Origin: Trichinella spiralis
Lineage: Eukaryota
Assembly: GCF_000181795.1 (NCBI RefSeq)
Contig: NW_003526947.1
Span: forward strand, 321,818-385,817
DNA length: 64,000 nt
Direction of reading: 5' to 3'
Below, one piece after another: positions 51,377 to 64,000 of the stretch. Position 1 is the stretch's first letter, and every line of letters begins with the position of its first letter. The translations under genes and the position numbers were made by a program. The notes beneath the pieces are model-generated. The model worked only from the letters and a program-made list of their open reading frames with translations, made no database searches and had not been told where the DNA came from.

Positions 51377-53167
51377 ATTATATATATAATGTTCGTCAAT
51401 AAAAAATCCAACTAAAGAACACATCCAAGCTGAAAAGCGTTCCATCTTTCAACTTTAATTGTTAAAATTTCGTTGAATTTCAAAGCCAACAAATGTGACC
51501 ACCAGATGTGAATAATTTGATCAAATGTTTGCCATTTTTTTTCAATTTATTTAAAAACTTTCAACTTTAAACAAAAAATAGAAAAATTAATTATTTTTGG
51601 TTTCTTTTTTTTGAGAAGCGAATGTGATTAATACAATTGCACAACTAAATGATACATAAATACTTGTTGATTAATACACTTTTTAATTTGATGCGATATT
51701 TATGCAGTTTATTTTGTTTCAGCCTAAAAAATGCTGTAACTATGATTCTTTTTTCTTGTTCATCAGATACATGATACATGATGGAGTTAAGATGCTGTCG
51801 AATTTTGGAAAAGCCAAATAAAGCCAACGAAATATGGTCAATTTTATTTTTATTATTTCATTTTTTCCATTTCAAAGATGGCAAATGTGTATTATTTTGA
51901 TAAATGAATATGATGAAATATTTGTTCTTCACGTAGGAAGAAATAGGAAAGAACATCTTTTTTTTCTTTCTTCATCTTCCATATTTGTTTATATATTGAC
52001 ACACGATGTTCAGCTTTATTGTCACACACGAGCACAGTTACAATAAGCTTTTGACGTTCTTGTCAATCAATAAAAATGATTGACACGATATTTCACAGTT
52101 GTCCTCGTTTTCAAAGATAATTTCGAATAAACGTGTTTACATTCATACATATGTAAATAAATAAATATATATATATATATACATTTTAAATTTCAATGGG
52201 AGAAAGAGAGAGAGAGAGGATATTTTGCATAATGGAATGGATGCAAATTTTCCACTAATCTCAGTTAGTCAGCTTGCCAATTTGAATCCGTTTACACAAA
52301 CGTGATCGAGAAAATTCATCGTAGCCCAAGAAGGTACTACTTGCCGGCTGTTTCTGTAAAAAATGCTTTCCAACGACTGAATTGATTCTTCACCATTTTT
52401 TCCATTCATTCATTCATTCAAATCTTGTGCAAGAGGAGGAAATTTTCAAAAATAAAACAAATATTTAAAAATCTACAAAAATGTATAGAAACAAAAAAAA
52501 GAATATAAAATTTAATTGATTGATTGGAAATAATAATAATAATAACGCAGAATTTGCTTGATTTAAAATTTCTCAATAATAATGAAAAAAAGATGAAGAA
52601 TCAAAGTAACACCAACTTTTCCTTTGGTTAAAATAAAGAAAATGGTGTAATAAAAAAAAAGAAAAGAGAAATCACTGCAGAGACGTAGTTGAAATTGTCG
52701 TCGACGAGTAGCATGCTCAGATGTATACTGTAGGCAGGTAATAAAACGACTATTTTTTTCTTTTTAGTAAAACTGCCGCAACAAATTCTGCTTCACTCGG
52801 TGAAATTTATTTCACCAATTATTTCGATCAATTTCCAATTATTCAGTAAATTTTCAATATACTTTTCTTTCAAAATTGATGCTTTTCAAGCAAGCAAAAG
52901 TGAAAAAATAAAGAAGAACTGTACTTGCTAACACAAATAGAAAAAAAACAACATATACACACGCACACACATACAGAGAAACAGAACAAAAGTTGAAATG
53001 CAAAAAATAATTAATAATAAATGATAATTCATAAACGCGTCAACTGCTACAAAGCACCATACACAAAAGAGCAACAACACGGCACGGGAAGATGAAGATG
53101 AAAGAAAGGAGGAAAATTATTATTATTATTATTATTTAAAAAATGAATGTTAAAATGCTTCTTCTTA

Positions 53168-56100
53168 TCATCGAGGTAAGGGAATTAGAACTTCGACGTA
53201 AGAGATTGGAAAGAAGCCGCACGTTCCATCCGGCAGTGTTCCTTGGAACCAATTTTCATCAATCTGCGACGTCAACGTTATAATCTGACCCTCGTGGAAG
53301 CCAAGTTCGCCGGGATTTTCAGGTTCAAAATCATACAACGCTTTGCAGCATGGTTTCTGCGATACGAGCGCTGAATAAAACAAAAAATTAAATCAACTGT
53401 GAATGGAAAAATTTTCTATTTTTCACGGTTCTTCACTGCTTTACCCGGTTGTGTGTTGGTCAACAACGTGTTCTCAGCAGACAGGGGCGTGTTCCATGGA
53501 TCCTGCTGTTGATTGGATACCGACCACTGCGTATTCGCCAAAAGATTACCAGAACCAATATCCACACCAGCACCACTAGCACCAGCACCAGCACTGCTGC
53601 TGCTGCTGCTTTTGTTCCAATTGTCCAATTCGACGATCGGCTTCGAGCTAGCCGCTTCGGTAGAGTGGCCGAAAAATATCCTCTGCGGATTGTGATTCTG
53701 CCTTGGACGACTGCTCGCCTCTTGCACCCTGCATTGAACACAGACAACAATAGAAAATGATCACACTTCTCCTCTGTGTGGGAATGATGAGAAAAGAAAA
53801 AAAAAGAAAATTTTTTTTTCAATTCCCCACAATTCACTCTACTACACACAACATACTCTTCTTTCAGTTTATACGATAAATTTTCCAATATTTGAGTCGT
53901 TTGCCGGTGAAAATCCAACTGTGCTTCAACAAATGCGAACAACTGGGACACTTGTTCAACCTGGCCAACAAACAAACAAACAAACAAACAATCTTGCTGT
54001 TGAAAAATTAATTCAAACTTTAAATACAACAACAACGATAACAATATACAAACTAAGTTTAATTTAAAACAAGAAAAAAAAACAAAACTCACATCATTGT
54101 CCAGAACATTAAACATAGCTATTTCGGCAAGTCTTTTCGATTCTTCCAATTTCTCTTCAGCTAATTTTAACTCTTCATCTAAAATATCCATTCAACCGTG
54201 TTAACATAAAAAAGATGTTAATTTAAAAATAAACAAAAAACAACAACCAAAAATCAAAAACAAAACAAGATTACATATATACAATGAAAAACATTACATT
54301 ACATGAAACATGGAAAGCAAAATACGAAAGCGAAAAATCACTTTCACAAAAATGTGCAACAATACAAATAAATGAATGAATGAAGAAACAACAAAATTAT
54401 AATATCATATACTAAAGAAAATAGTTCATCGGATGAAATTATTGTAAATACACAACTGAACTGAACAGATGTACATGTCTTACCGTATAAATTGTGATCT
54501 GAAAAATAGTCAGTGTCACAAAGTACAGTTTTGTAAAATCAATGAAATCACATTACCTTTAATTTGTTTACGCTTTTTACAGTCATAATCAAGTCGCCGC
54601 CCGTGCAACTTCTTCCTGTGATGCTGAACAAAGCAAAAATCAAACAACGAGCAAAGAATGAAATGAAAATCAATACAATTTTCACGTATTAATAAGTAAA
54701 CAATTACAATTACATACGTTCACCTCCTTCAAATCGGTTGCTTGCAAATGGGACAGTGGATCCAAAAAATTTTGCCTGACGTTGTCTTCAAGCGCATATT
54801 TGACATCGGCCATCATCTTGAACGATTCACCAGCGTCAATTAGTGCTCTACCTGAGTGAGAAATTATTCAATCAAACGAATGACAAACTCATTTCAATAT
54901 TTCTCTCTTCTCGCTTTTGTTATACTGTTTTCATCATTATACTTCTATTTACCAAAATATGATCTCTCTCCCAGAAGACGACCGTAACGAAGCATACTAT
55001 CACCGAGAACCCCTTCTGGCTGGGGGTAGGGCATCGCTTTACTCGTACCACGAAGCTTCGAAATTGTGCTGACAGTTGCCATTTTCGCACGTGTAGCTGT
55101 ATTTCATTCAAATATATACAGGGTGCATATGTTGATAAGACAAATAAGAAATAAACACTTTACCTGGATTCGGTTGTAGAAATTCTCTAGTTTTGGCCGT
55201 CAGATCGTCAATCAATTCCGAAGTAATTTCAATTTTCTATTATAAAAATAAAAGAAAAATTAAACATTTCCATACAAATTAACCGATATGTTACTTCATT
55301 TTCATTAACAATTCCAATTTACACTAACAAAAATCACTTTCCATTTACAAATTTTCAATTCTCAATACCAATAATGATTAACAATCAATCATCATTCGAT
55401 TCAAATACACAGAACACACATAATTGAATATGAAATTTAATACGCATAAAAATGATGTTCAACTAATTAATTTCTTTACAAGCGACAACAACAACAAATT
55501 TATTCCAATAAAAAAAAGCCATGTCAACATGTTCTGTCATATTACGCAGTTTTGCACTGCTAATTGCTCAGCGTTCGTTAAAACTTCAACTCTTCTTCAC
55601 AAAATTAACAACAATTTCTCAAACAGCCTGCTTTTAAACTTCGGGATCAATTTCATTGTTCGAGCAAAATTTCTTTCGTAATTTGGAAAATCAATTGAAA
55701 GTCAACAGTAAAACAACAACAATAACCATTCATAAAATAATGATGCAAAAAATCTGTAAAGTCCATTAAACATTACAAAAATTAATGACTACTGCGTCAA
55801 AATTACAAACAAGAATTTCCTTAAACAATAATATTTCAAACGCTTAATAGCATCTAATTCCAACTACAGTAAAAATACTTTCGGTATTTAAAAATAAAAA
55901 ATTTCCTACAAATAATCCACGGGTAAAACATATAATACTATAATATGCCCATTAAAAGATTGAAAAACATGCGCATCAAACATTATTAAGCATGTCCACG
56001 AAATTACAGACTGAAGATGTCGCCCATGCATAAGTTTCAACTAATTTAATAAAATGAAAATAATTCATTCAATTATTATCAATAATTACTTTTCCCAGTA

Positions 56101-57936
56101 ATGTTTTTTTCTTAAGATCATGCTAATAATAATGTTATTATGCTATTTTATTTTAACATATTAAGTTTAAAAACCCTTTTCCTGTATAATTTCATCCTTT
56201 CATTCAGTTAATTAAAGTTATTTACAACGTCAAACGAAAAACTTTAATGCATTCAAGATCTTTTAACTTGACATAATTAAGATTAAAAATCGAAAAATAA
56301 AAGATATAGGAAGTGCCATCTACATAAAGCTATAAAAAATACAAGCAATTCTGTATCGAATGCAGCATTTATTCTATACAAAATAAGCTAAAGCAGTGTA
56401 AATTAAACAACGAAAAAGATCTGCCTAACGTAATTAATTCATAGGATAATTCAAATTTATATTCATTTAGACTTAAATATCATATTACTGTATATTTTAT
56501 ATGACACAATACCTGTAATTTATTGATCGCATATAATTTGTATTCACTTTGGTCAGTGAAAAAAAAAGAAATCATTATTCTGTCATAAAACATAACATCA
56601 TCAATGAAATTCAATGACTGTATTTAAACAGAAATTGCCTAATTAAATGCAAGCATGCCAATAAGGTCGGTGAAACATGAAACGTTGAATATTTTCCGGA
56701 CAACATTTTAGCTCATCCAATGACCGCCCATGCCTTGACTTGGTTAACCAGGCAGCGGTGTGACATAACTACAGATCGATAGTGGTTCATTTATAGATTA
56801 TGTGTATCGATCATTTCATTGCCAGAGAAAAGAATCAATAAAATGTATTCGAGCATGGATACACAGATAAAGGCTTAAAGCACATATGCGTTTTGGCATT
56901 ATGGAGAGATCAACAAACAATTGAAAACTTTAATGACTCATTTCACTGTTGTACCCAACGGAATAAGACGACAGCTTCAATTGATTCTCTATCGTGTCAT
57001 TAGTGGAACTAGTGAGAAAACAAACATTCCAAAACATTTCATGTAAATGTACATTCTCGAAAATGAGACAAACGAATATTTTAACAAGGCAACCCATAAA
57101 CAAGAGAAAACATATTGCACTTAAAGATAAATTGGGGGAAATACGAGCACTCCATCGGTGAAAAAGATTAACAGCTGAACAAGCAGCTTACATAACGAAC
57201 AAACAAGCAAAGAAGATCACAAAGCACAGTGAAATGAATCGTAAGACAAACAAAATTTTTGTTTTAAATAGCTTTGCGCTGTGCTCATAGCTGTTTATTT
57301 ATATCAGATGTAACTCAAGCTGATTTTTGTTTACAATTCATATAGACAAATACATATATGTATACATCTTTTAAAGTATCATTGAACAACGGCAACCACA
57401 TAGTGGAAAATATCATAAATTTAACACAAAGTAGTTTCACACTCTACACGAATAAATAAAAAAGATTAATAAAATATCATTGTATCGTTAGTTCAAGCAG
57501 TAAAAATGTTAGTCTGATGATCGGGATAATCAACTTGATGAGATGGAAAAAATTAGCTCAATATCGAACTGAGGAAACTGGAAGAAAAGTGCCCATTATA
57601 TGTTCAATGGAATGACATGTAACGACCTAGAGAAACTGGTCAATTGTGGCAGAATGAGAAATTTCATACCCCCCTAAATCGAACATCATCAAAAGCACCA
57701 CTGACTGCTGTACGAAAACACGGAATTGATCGATAGCTAACACTACATAAAATGCTTACTTTTTCCATGTCAAGGTATGTTTCATCCAGTTTTGTCGCCT
57801 CAGCTGCACCTACTCGTTCACTAACATACTGAAAAACAATACAACAATAATCGAGCAATTTTTCAGCTAACCAACAAAAGTACAATTTCACCTGATTTGC
57901 TTTGTTAATCTGCTTCCTTAATCCGGCAAGTGACAT
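53168..57936 (-). CDS. unc-57: Endophilin A (N-BAR + SH3); exons 57936-57892, 57828-57760, 55236-55164, 55096-54953, 54851-54718, 54623-54557, 54178-54093, 53960-53857, 53728-53445, 53370-53168
   Basis: [19 protein letters not shown] amphipathic helix, [41 protein letters not shown]3 [28 protein letters not shown]; splice phases consistent. Confidence 0.95.
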
Positions 57937-59270
57937 GGTGAAACAAATGCTAAAAAAATAAAAGAAATTTGTTTAAATTACGACGTGAAAAAACAAAAAT
58001 AGTAAATGACAAACATGATAAAAGCAGAACAAAGCACGTACGAAAACACTTGTCAATGAAGTACAGAATTTTAAAATATGACATGCAAGAACTAATAAAA
58101 GTTGAATAACAATAGTTTTAAATCACATTTTAATACTTTAAAAATATTGTCCTTAAATCAAAAAAAATTTTTATTATTTTTTATTAATTTATTTTTATTA
58201 ATTTCTTAAAATTATTGTCGGATTAATGGAGTGAAAACTACATTTCAAGAATTTTAAGATATCCTATTTTCAAGGTCTTAAAATTAAGAAATAAAAAAAA
58301 ACACAGAGTTATACAAATTAAAATTGAATTTTAATATATTTAAATTTATTCTTTAATACTGCACGAATTTTTGAATTAAATAATAACAATTCAACGTAAG
58401 CGAAAGCGATGGCATTTATGATAAATGATACGGATGACAAATATAAAAAGGAAAAATATTTAAAAATTATGATATAAATTTAACAACCTGAAATATTTAA
58501 CATTATCTGCGTAGTATATTATTAAACATTTTAATTTTATGCGTTATAAATATGTACTGAATGTTTTTATAAAATTCTTTTCATATAATCTGAATCTTAA
58601 TATAATTTTATATCTATCTCTAAAATTGTTTTTATATAATTTTTTAATAAAAATTTTAAACTGTATGTAAAATTTAATAGAACAGAATATCAAGCGCATA
58701 TTACATCATGTTCTTGAATGTTTCTTGTAACTTTGATTTAATTTCAAATAAGGCATTTTTGCATGCTACTCGTTGGAAAACTGTTCGATATTTATCACAA
58801 AATATTTGATATGCAATGCAAAAATAAAGATCTTAATCAAATTATTGCAAAATATAAGACTATTTAACATTGTGTAAAGGAAATAAATGTTAAACTATTT
58901 TCCAAATAAGCCATGCACAATTGAAAAACAATGCTCATAACAAAGAGTATTCAATTTCAAAATTAATAAGCAATTAAATTTAATAATAAACATTGCAAAA
59001 TAGATACAGTGGACCGTCAATTATTTGTTTTTTATGTCGTTTCAGTATTTTTTTTCTATTAATATAGTATCACATGATAATTATATCAAATTATACCCAT
59101 AAATGAATTAAATGCGCATTACATAAAATTACAATCTACATAATGTCATCATTTTAATAAACCAAAAATGAAATAAATAAACTTAAAACGTTTTCAATGA
59201 TTTCAAAGATATTTAATTATTCTGATAGTTATGCAGCGCTCGTCGGCGCTAAATGGGTACGGATCATCAC

Positions 59271-59479
59271 TGTTATGTAGCAAGAAGAAATCTAAAACAA
59301 AACCGGTTACAGAAACTAGTTAGACTAGATAGATTAGATTATATAGTAGTCAGTTACAGAGTTACCGAGTTACTGCTCTGCTGAGTTACGGAGTCCTTCT
59401 GTGTGTGTGTTGTGAAATCGCGTGTGTATTTATTTGTGTTTCAATAAAGATATACTACACATTTGAAAAAAACACAATA
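59271..59479. mobile_element. Solo-LTR-like insertion (209 bp) nested in the Gypsy 3' LTR
   Basis: Absent from the 5' LTR; flanked by ATCAC direct repeats (59266-59270, 59480-59484); TGTT..AATA ends; internal AATAAA. Confidence 0.75.
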
Positions 59480-59757
59480 ATCACGAAGGGTTAAATATTT
59501 ATTATACACAAAACAACAAAGCGAATACAACAATGACAAAACGAGAAAGCGGAATAGCAGCCACAAACACCAAAAATCACCGACCTTTTCTTCGCGTCCC
59601 CAACTGTACGTTTCCCTACAAAAATATCAGTAAGATGTGCAGGTACAATTCGGTTCTTCCGTCGTCACACTGCCCCCCCCCTCTTTCAGAATAGTTCGTC
59701 CCAAACTTTCTCTAGAGGTATAATCTTGCAGGTGACCAGGTGGCCGTCGTCTACGCT

Positions 59758-60944
59758 TCAGCCTTCCGGCGACGTCCGACGCGGGTGAGGAGGCGGCTGA
59801 TGTTCCTGCCGCACCGTGTTCCCGTCTCGGGGAGACCGGTCTCTTTCGTCTGGATGCTCAGTGGATTCCCTGGCTTGGTACCACCTCATCCGGTCAGAGT
59901 GAACCACCAGTGTGCGACGCTTCCGCTCACGGTGTCGTACGCGGTACGTCTGCGGCCCCATTATTTCCACAACCCAGTAGGGCCCCTCCCAGCCACGGTC
60001 GAGCTTCCCTCTTCGTGGCATCGCCAACCACACGCGGTCGTTCGGGTCGGCCACTCCCGCACTGCGGAGGTTTTGCTTGGGTCCGTGGAGAGCCCTTTTT
60101 CCGAAATGATGTTGCCCAAGTATGCCACCTTCCTATTCGTGAGCCAGTATTTCTCCAGTTTAACTTTCAGGCCCACTTCCCGGAGGCGGCAAAACACCTC
60201 GCGCAGTCGTGCCGTGTGCTCTTCGGCAGTCTAGCCAAATACGATGACGTCGTCCAGGTACACCAGGCAGTCGGAGCCCATCAGGTCCCTTAAAACTGTC
60301 TCCATGAGCCTCTGAAAGGTGGCCAACGCGTTGCACAGTCCAAAGGGGGTGATGAAAGCTGTCTTCTCCCGATCTTGTCCTTCCACCTCAACCTGCCAGT
60401 AGCCGATTGCCCTGCTCAGGGTCGAGAACCATTGTGCACCCACCAACGCATCCAAGGTGTCGTCAATCCTCGGGAGCGGGTGGGCATCCTTCCGGGTGAA
60501 GTTGTTCAACTGCCTGTAGTCGACACAAAACCGACATGACCCATCTTTCTTCTTCACGATAGGGGATGCCCAGGGGCTGCTTGATGGCTCTACTACGTCT
60601 CGTCTCAGCATTTCATCCAGGAGGGCTTCCACCTGTGCTCGCTGGTGGTAGGGGATCCGCCTTGGGGAGCACCTCACTGGTTTGGCGTCGCCGGTGTGGA
60701 TGGCGTGGCGTACCACGCTCGTCCGTACGAGATCCTCATCCGACGTGGACAACACGTCCGAGAACTCCCTCAGGATCGCCGCCAGTGCTGACCGATGGTT
60801 GCCACTCGACTCCTGCTCACTGGGGAGCATTTTCTCCATGGCTTCCTGCACTGGTTGGTGAGTCATAAGCTCAGGCTGCGGGGATTCCGCTCTGACCGGG
60901 GCAACGGCGTGGGACTTCGGGAATGGGATATTGCTCTGCCGCAT
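59758..60944 (-). pseudogene. Gypsy pol remnant: reverse transcriptase plus integrase C-terminal tail; RNase H and integrase core missing
   Basis: SPWASPIV.KKDGS.RFCVDYRQLN, PLPRIDD, FITPFGL, YLDDVIVFG, then a frameshifted LKVKLEK..YLG segment joined directly to DRVWL..KL...WEGPY. Confidence 0.9.
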
Positions 60945-62089
60945 CCTCAGACAGTCCGCCGTTGGGTCCGGGGTGCATCCGTGGTACCACGGATCCAGTG
61001 TCCACGAGCATGTTGCACCTCACTCCACCCACGGAGCCCTCCACAATCGGCTGCTCGATCTCGAGGGACCGTATGATGACGACGGAAAAGGTTCGGTCGG
61101 TACTACTTACTTTGCCCGCGCGTTCGTCGCGGGAGGAAGCTTGGCACTCCCTGCTGATGTGGCCCAGTCCACCGCACGTCCAGCAACGTATGCTTCCTTT
61201 CTTCTCCGGCCGGCGTCGCCGCTGGGGGAGCGATCTCTTTGCAGCCGCAGGGGTGTTGCTCGTCAGCAGTTCCTTTAACTTCCGCACCAATTCCGCCAAT
61301 TCTTCTCCCACTTCCTTTCGCGTCGTCACCGCGGCGGCTGTAGCTTCCGTGACCTCGACGGCTGGCTGCTTGTCCTCCTGATCAGCGTCTGCTTTGACAG
61401 AAGAGACGCTCGCCTTGAGCGTGATGAGCTCTCTCCAAACGCGCTCTTCCCGGGCCGCAACTTCGATCGCCTCCGCGAAACTATCCGTCCCGCTTCGCAA
61501 GACAGCAATTTTGACGGCGTCCGCGGAGAGTCCTGCCTTGAATTGTTGCAGCAGGATTTTGTCGGATGCTCCACTCAGCCCGGGAAACGCCTTCGCGAAC
61601 AGCCAGCGCAAATGACCAGCATACACCCGCACGCTTTCACCCCGTTGCTGTTTCCGCCGGAAAAACTCAGCGTAGAACCGCTCCGGGCCGCTGCGTACCC
61701 CGAAGGCTTCAAACAGGGCCGACTTCAGGTCGTCGTAATCGTCCGTTTCCTGGACGTGCATGGCCCTCATTACGCCCCGCACCTCCGCATCTGTACGGTA
61801 CTGTACTAGGGCCGCTCGTCGCTCAGGGCCTATACGGGCGGCTCGGAAGTACATCTCCATATGTTCGAACCAGGTCTCCACGTTCGACGACATAGTTAGT
61901 ATCTCAGGCGGCCTAACCCATTCCAGACCGTCAAGCCTACCGCGCTCACCATTTCGTCGCTCAGTGGTTATACGGGCGGCTCGGAAGTACATCTCCATAT
62001 GTCCGAACCCGGTCTCCACGTTCGACCACATAGTTAGTATCTCAGGCGGCCTAACCCATTCCGGACCGTCAATCCTGCCGCGCTCGCCA
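60871..62089 (-). CDS. Gypsy gag plus truncated aspartic protease, open reading frame
   Basis: Gag-like QQRGESVRVYA..L..L motif, CWTCGGLGHISREC zinc knuckle, LVDTGS protease motif. Confidence 0.85.
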
Positions 62090-62931
62090 TTTGTAGCGCT
62101 CGTCGGCGCTATATGGTTACAGAACATCACGAAGAGTTTAATGCTTATTATACACAGAACAACGGAGCGAATACAGCAATGACAAAACAATAAAGCGGAA
62201 TAGCAGGCACACACACACACGCACACACCAAAAATCACCGACCTTTTCTTCGCGTCTCCGACTGTACCTCGCTTTACAAAAATCTAAGTGAGATGTGCAG
62301 GTACAATTCTGTTCTTCCGCCGTCACAGTTACTTTGAAAAGTACATAAAATGTAATTGAAATTGTTTGTAAATTCTTTCAGCATCAATGTTCCAGTAACA
62401 TATTAAAAATTTCAGCTTAATTCTTTTCTAATAGATAATTTATGCCAAAGATTAAATCAATTTGTCGTAGCTAGCTCTGCGAAAAATCTTATTTGATCAG
62501 CCGCCTGTCAATGAGAAAAATAATTTTTGATTGAAATCTTAAATTAGTTTCTGTAACAAGCATAAAACAAATAAATGTGCAGAAGCCAGTCGCGTTAGTT
62601 TTTATTTTAAAATTTACTCATGTTGCAAGCAGTTAATAATTTATTAACAGTATAAACATGACAAAATTAAGTTAAGCGCTTCAGGCTGAAGAATTAAATT
62701 AATAAATCACAACGATAACAAACACTCGATATGTAAGATTAAAATTATGCCTTTTTGCATAACAAAACTGACTCATAGTTAACTTTCAAATCAATAGTAA
62801 AATATTTACATTAGTAAACTTGAATATTTTAAAATCATACTGTACAGGCTGTTTAACAGTTTGCCACATATATATACATTTATTTGTTTATTTGTGAACA
62901 TTAATTTTTGTTATCTTTTATATACTCTCAG

Positions 62932-63986
62932 ATGAATGTAGCTCTGTTAGCAGTGCAACTATTATTCGTTTTTATAATAGTTGTACTGATTCTCCATCAG
63001 TATGGTGATTGGCAACGCCAGCATTTTCTTGTCTCATTTTCTACAGTCGTCGCCTGGTTTCTTGCTTTTGTCATTGTCTTCATGTTACCATTAGACGTTG
63101 TATTGGTAAAAGCTTTTTTCCTTTAAAATATATTTTTGTTTTGTGCAACATTTGATGTAATACATTTTATGAAATTTCTAATATGGATAGCCCAGTGTGT
63201 AAGGTACTACATTGTTTAGAAATTTTGTAATAATGATATTATTCTTTATTAACATTAATGATATTTATTTATTATTTTAAAAATTAGTTTAAGCAGAGAT
63301 ACCGACCTGTGACTTGGTTGGTTATAAAAATTGAAAAAAGCGTGATCACTTTTGTACTTTTGCTGTAAGTAGCTAATATAATTTTGTTGCGATTGAATTT
63401 TTGTAAAATGATAATATTGAGCGATATTTTTATTAAATTTCCATAATCTACCGCAAAGCAAACGCTTATGACAAGATTATGTTTGGCATCGAAATTGAAT
63501 TTCAATTTGTTATTTTTTCAGACTTTCCATCGTCTTTGCGATAACAGAGAAATTATTGTGAACAACGACACCAATCGTTCATTTGTACCTGCAGATGACA
63601 ACTGTCAGTCGTCTGATATTGATTTACCAGATAATGTTTTGCCAATATTATGGCGTTTTGTATACTGGACGTCTCAGTTATTAACATGGTAGCAGTTTGT
63701 TATTATTGTAAAAAAGTGTTTGCCTTTTACAAACTGTTATAATGTTTATAATGATTCCTGTTATGTTTTGTTTTAATTATTGTTTAAGGAGGAATTAATC
63801 ATTTCATGTTTTATATTTTAGGATAATATTACCAATCATGCAGTCATATTCAAATGCTGGAGAATTTACCGCATTAGGGAAGCTTAAGCGTGCATTAATT
63901 AACAATGCTCTTTATTATGGCACATATTTGATCATTTTTGCGTTTTTGCTTCTATATGCAGTTTCCAAAGGGCACTATTTAAATGC
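62932..63986 (+). CDS. LMBRD2: LMBR1 domain-containing protein 2-like, 5' part (exons 62932-63105, 63522-63688, 63822-63986; continues beyond window)
   Basis: [80 protein letters not shown]; splice phases consistent. Confidence 0.9.
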
Positions 63987-64000
63987 GTAAGTTTTTTTTT

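Larger units (their letters stand above)
59232..62327 (-). mobile_element. Ty3/Gypsy LTR retrotransposon, internally deleted (~3.1 kb)
   Basis: LTRs 62092-62327 (5') and 59232-59669 (3') with TG..CA ends; GTTA TSD (59228-59231, 62328-62331); PBS-like TGGCGAGC after the 5' LTR; polypurine tract GAAAGAGGGGGGGGGCAG before the 3' LTR. Confidence 0.93.

Noticed and set aside
59740..62182. Many plus-strand ORFs over the Gypsy element
   Set aside because: Antisense shadows of GC-rich gag/pol.

Overview
AT-rich eukaryotic genomic scaffold with short GT-AG introns and five 10-N gaps. Gene content and style suggest a nematode, probably Trichinella-like (inference). The left ~43 kb is repeat-rich: BEL/Pao, hAT, mariner and piggyBac-type remnants and MITEs, short duplications beside gaps, a 7.6-kb tandem duplication carrying two TTBK/CK1-family kinase genes, and an inverted duplication of a 137-aa orphan membrane protein gene. 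The right part holds a divergent 9-exon CDC20/fizzy gene, two miR-9/miR-79-family hairpins, endophilin A (unc-57-like), an internally deleted Gypsy element with a nested solo LTR, and the 5' part of an LMBRD2-like gene. The most unusual signal is at 2779-4591: two outward-facing GC-rich elements that share ordered short blocks and an identical 41-nt G-rich core but carry different-sequence hairpins at equivalent positions. This pattern suggests a conserved structured RNA (or ssDNA) family that I cannot assign.
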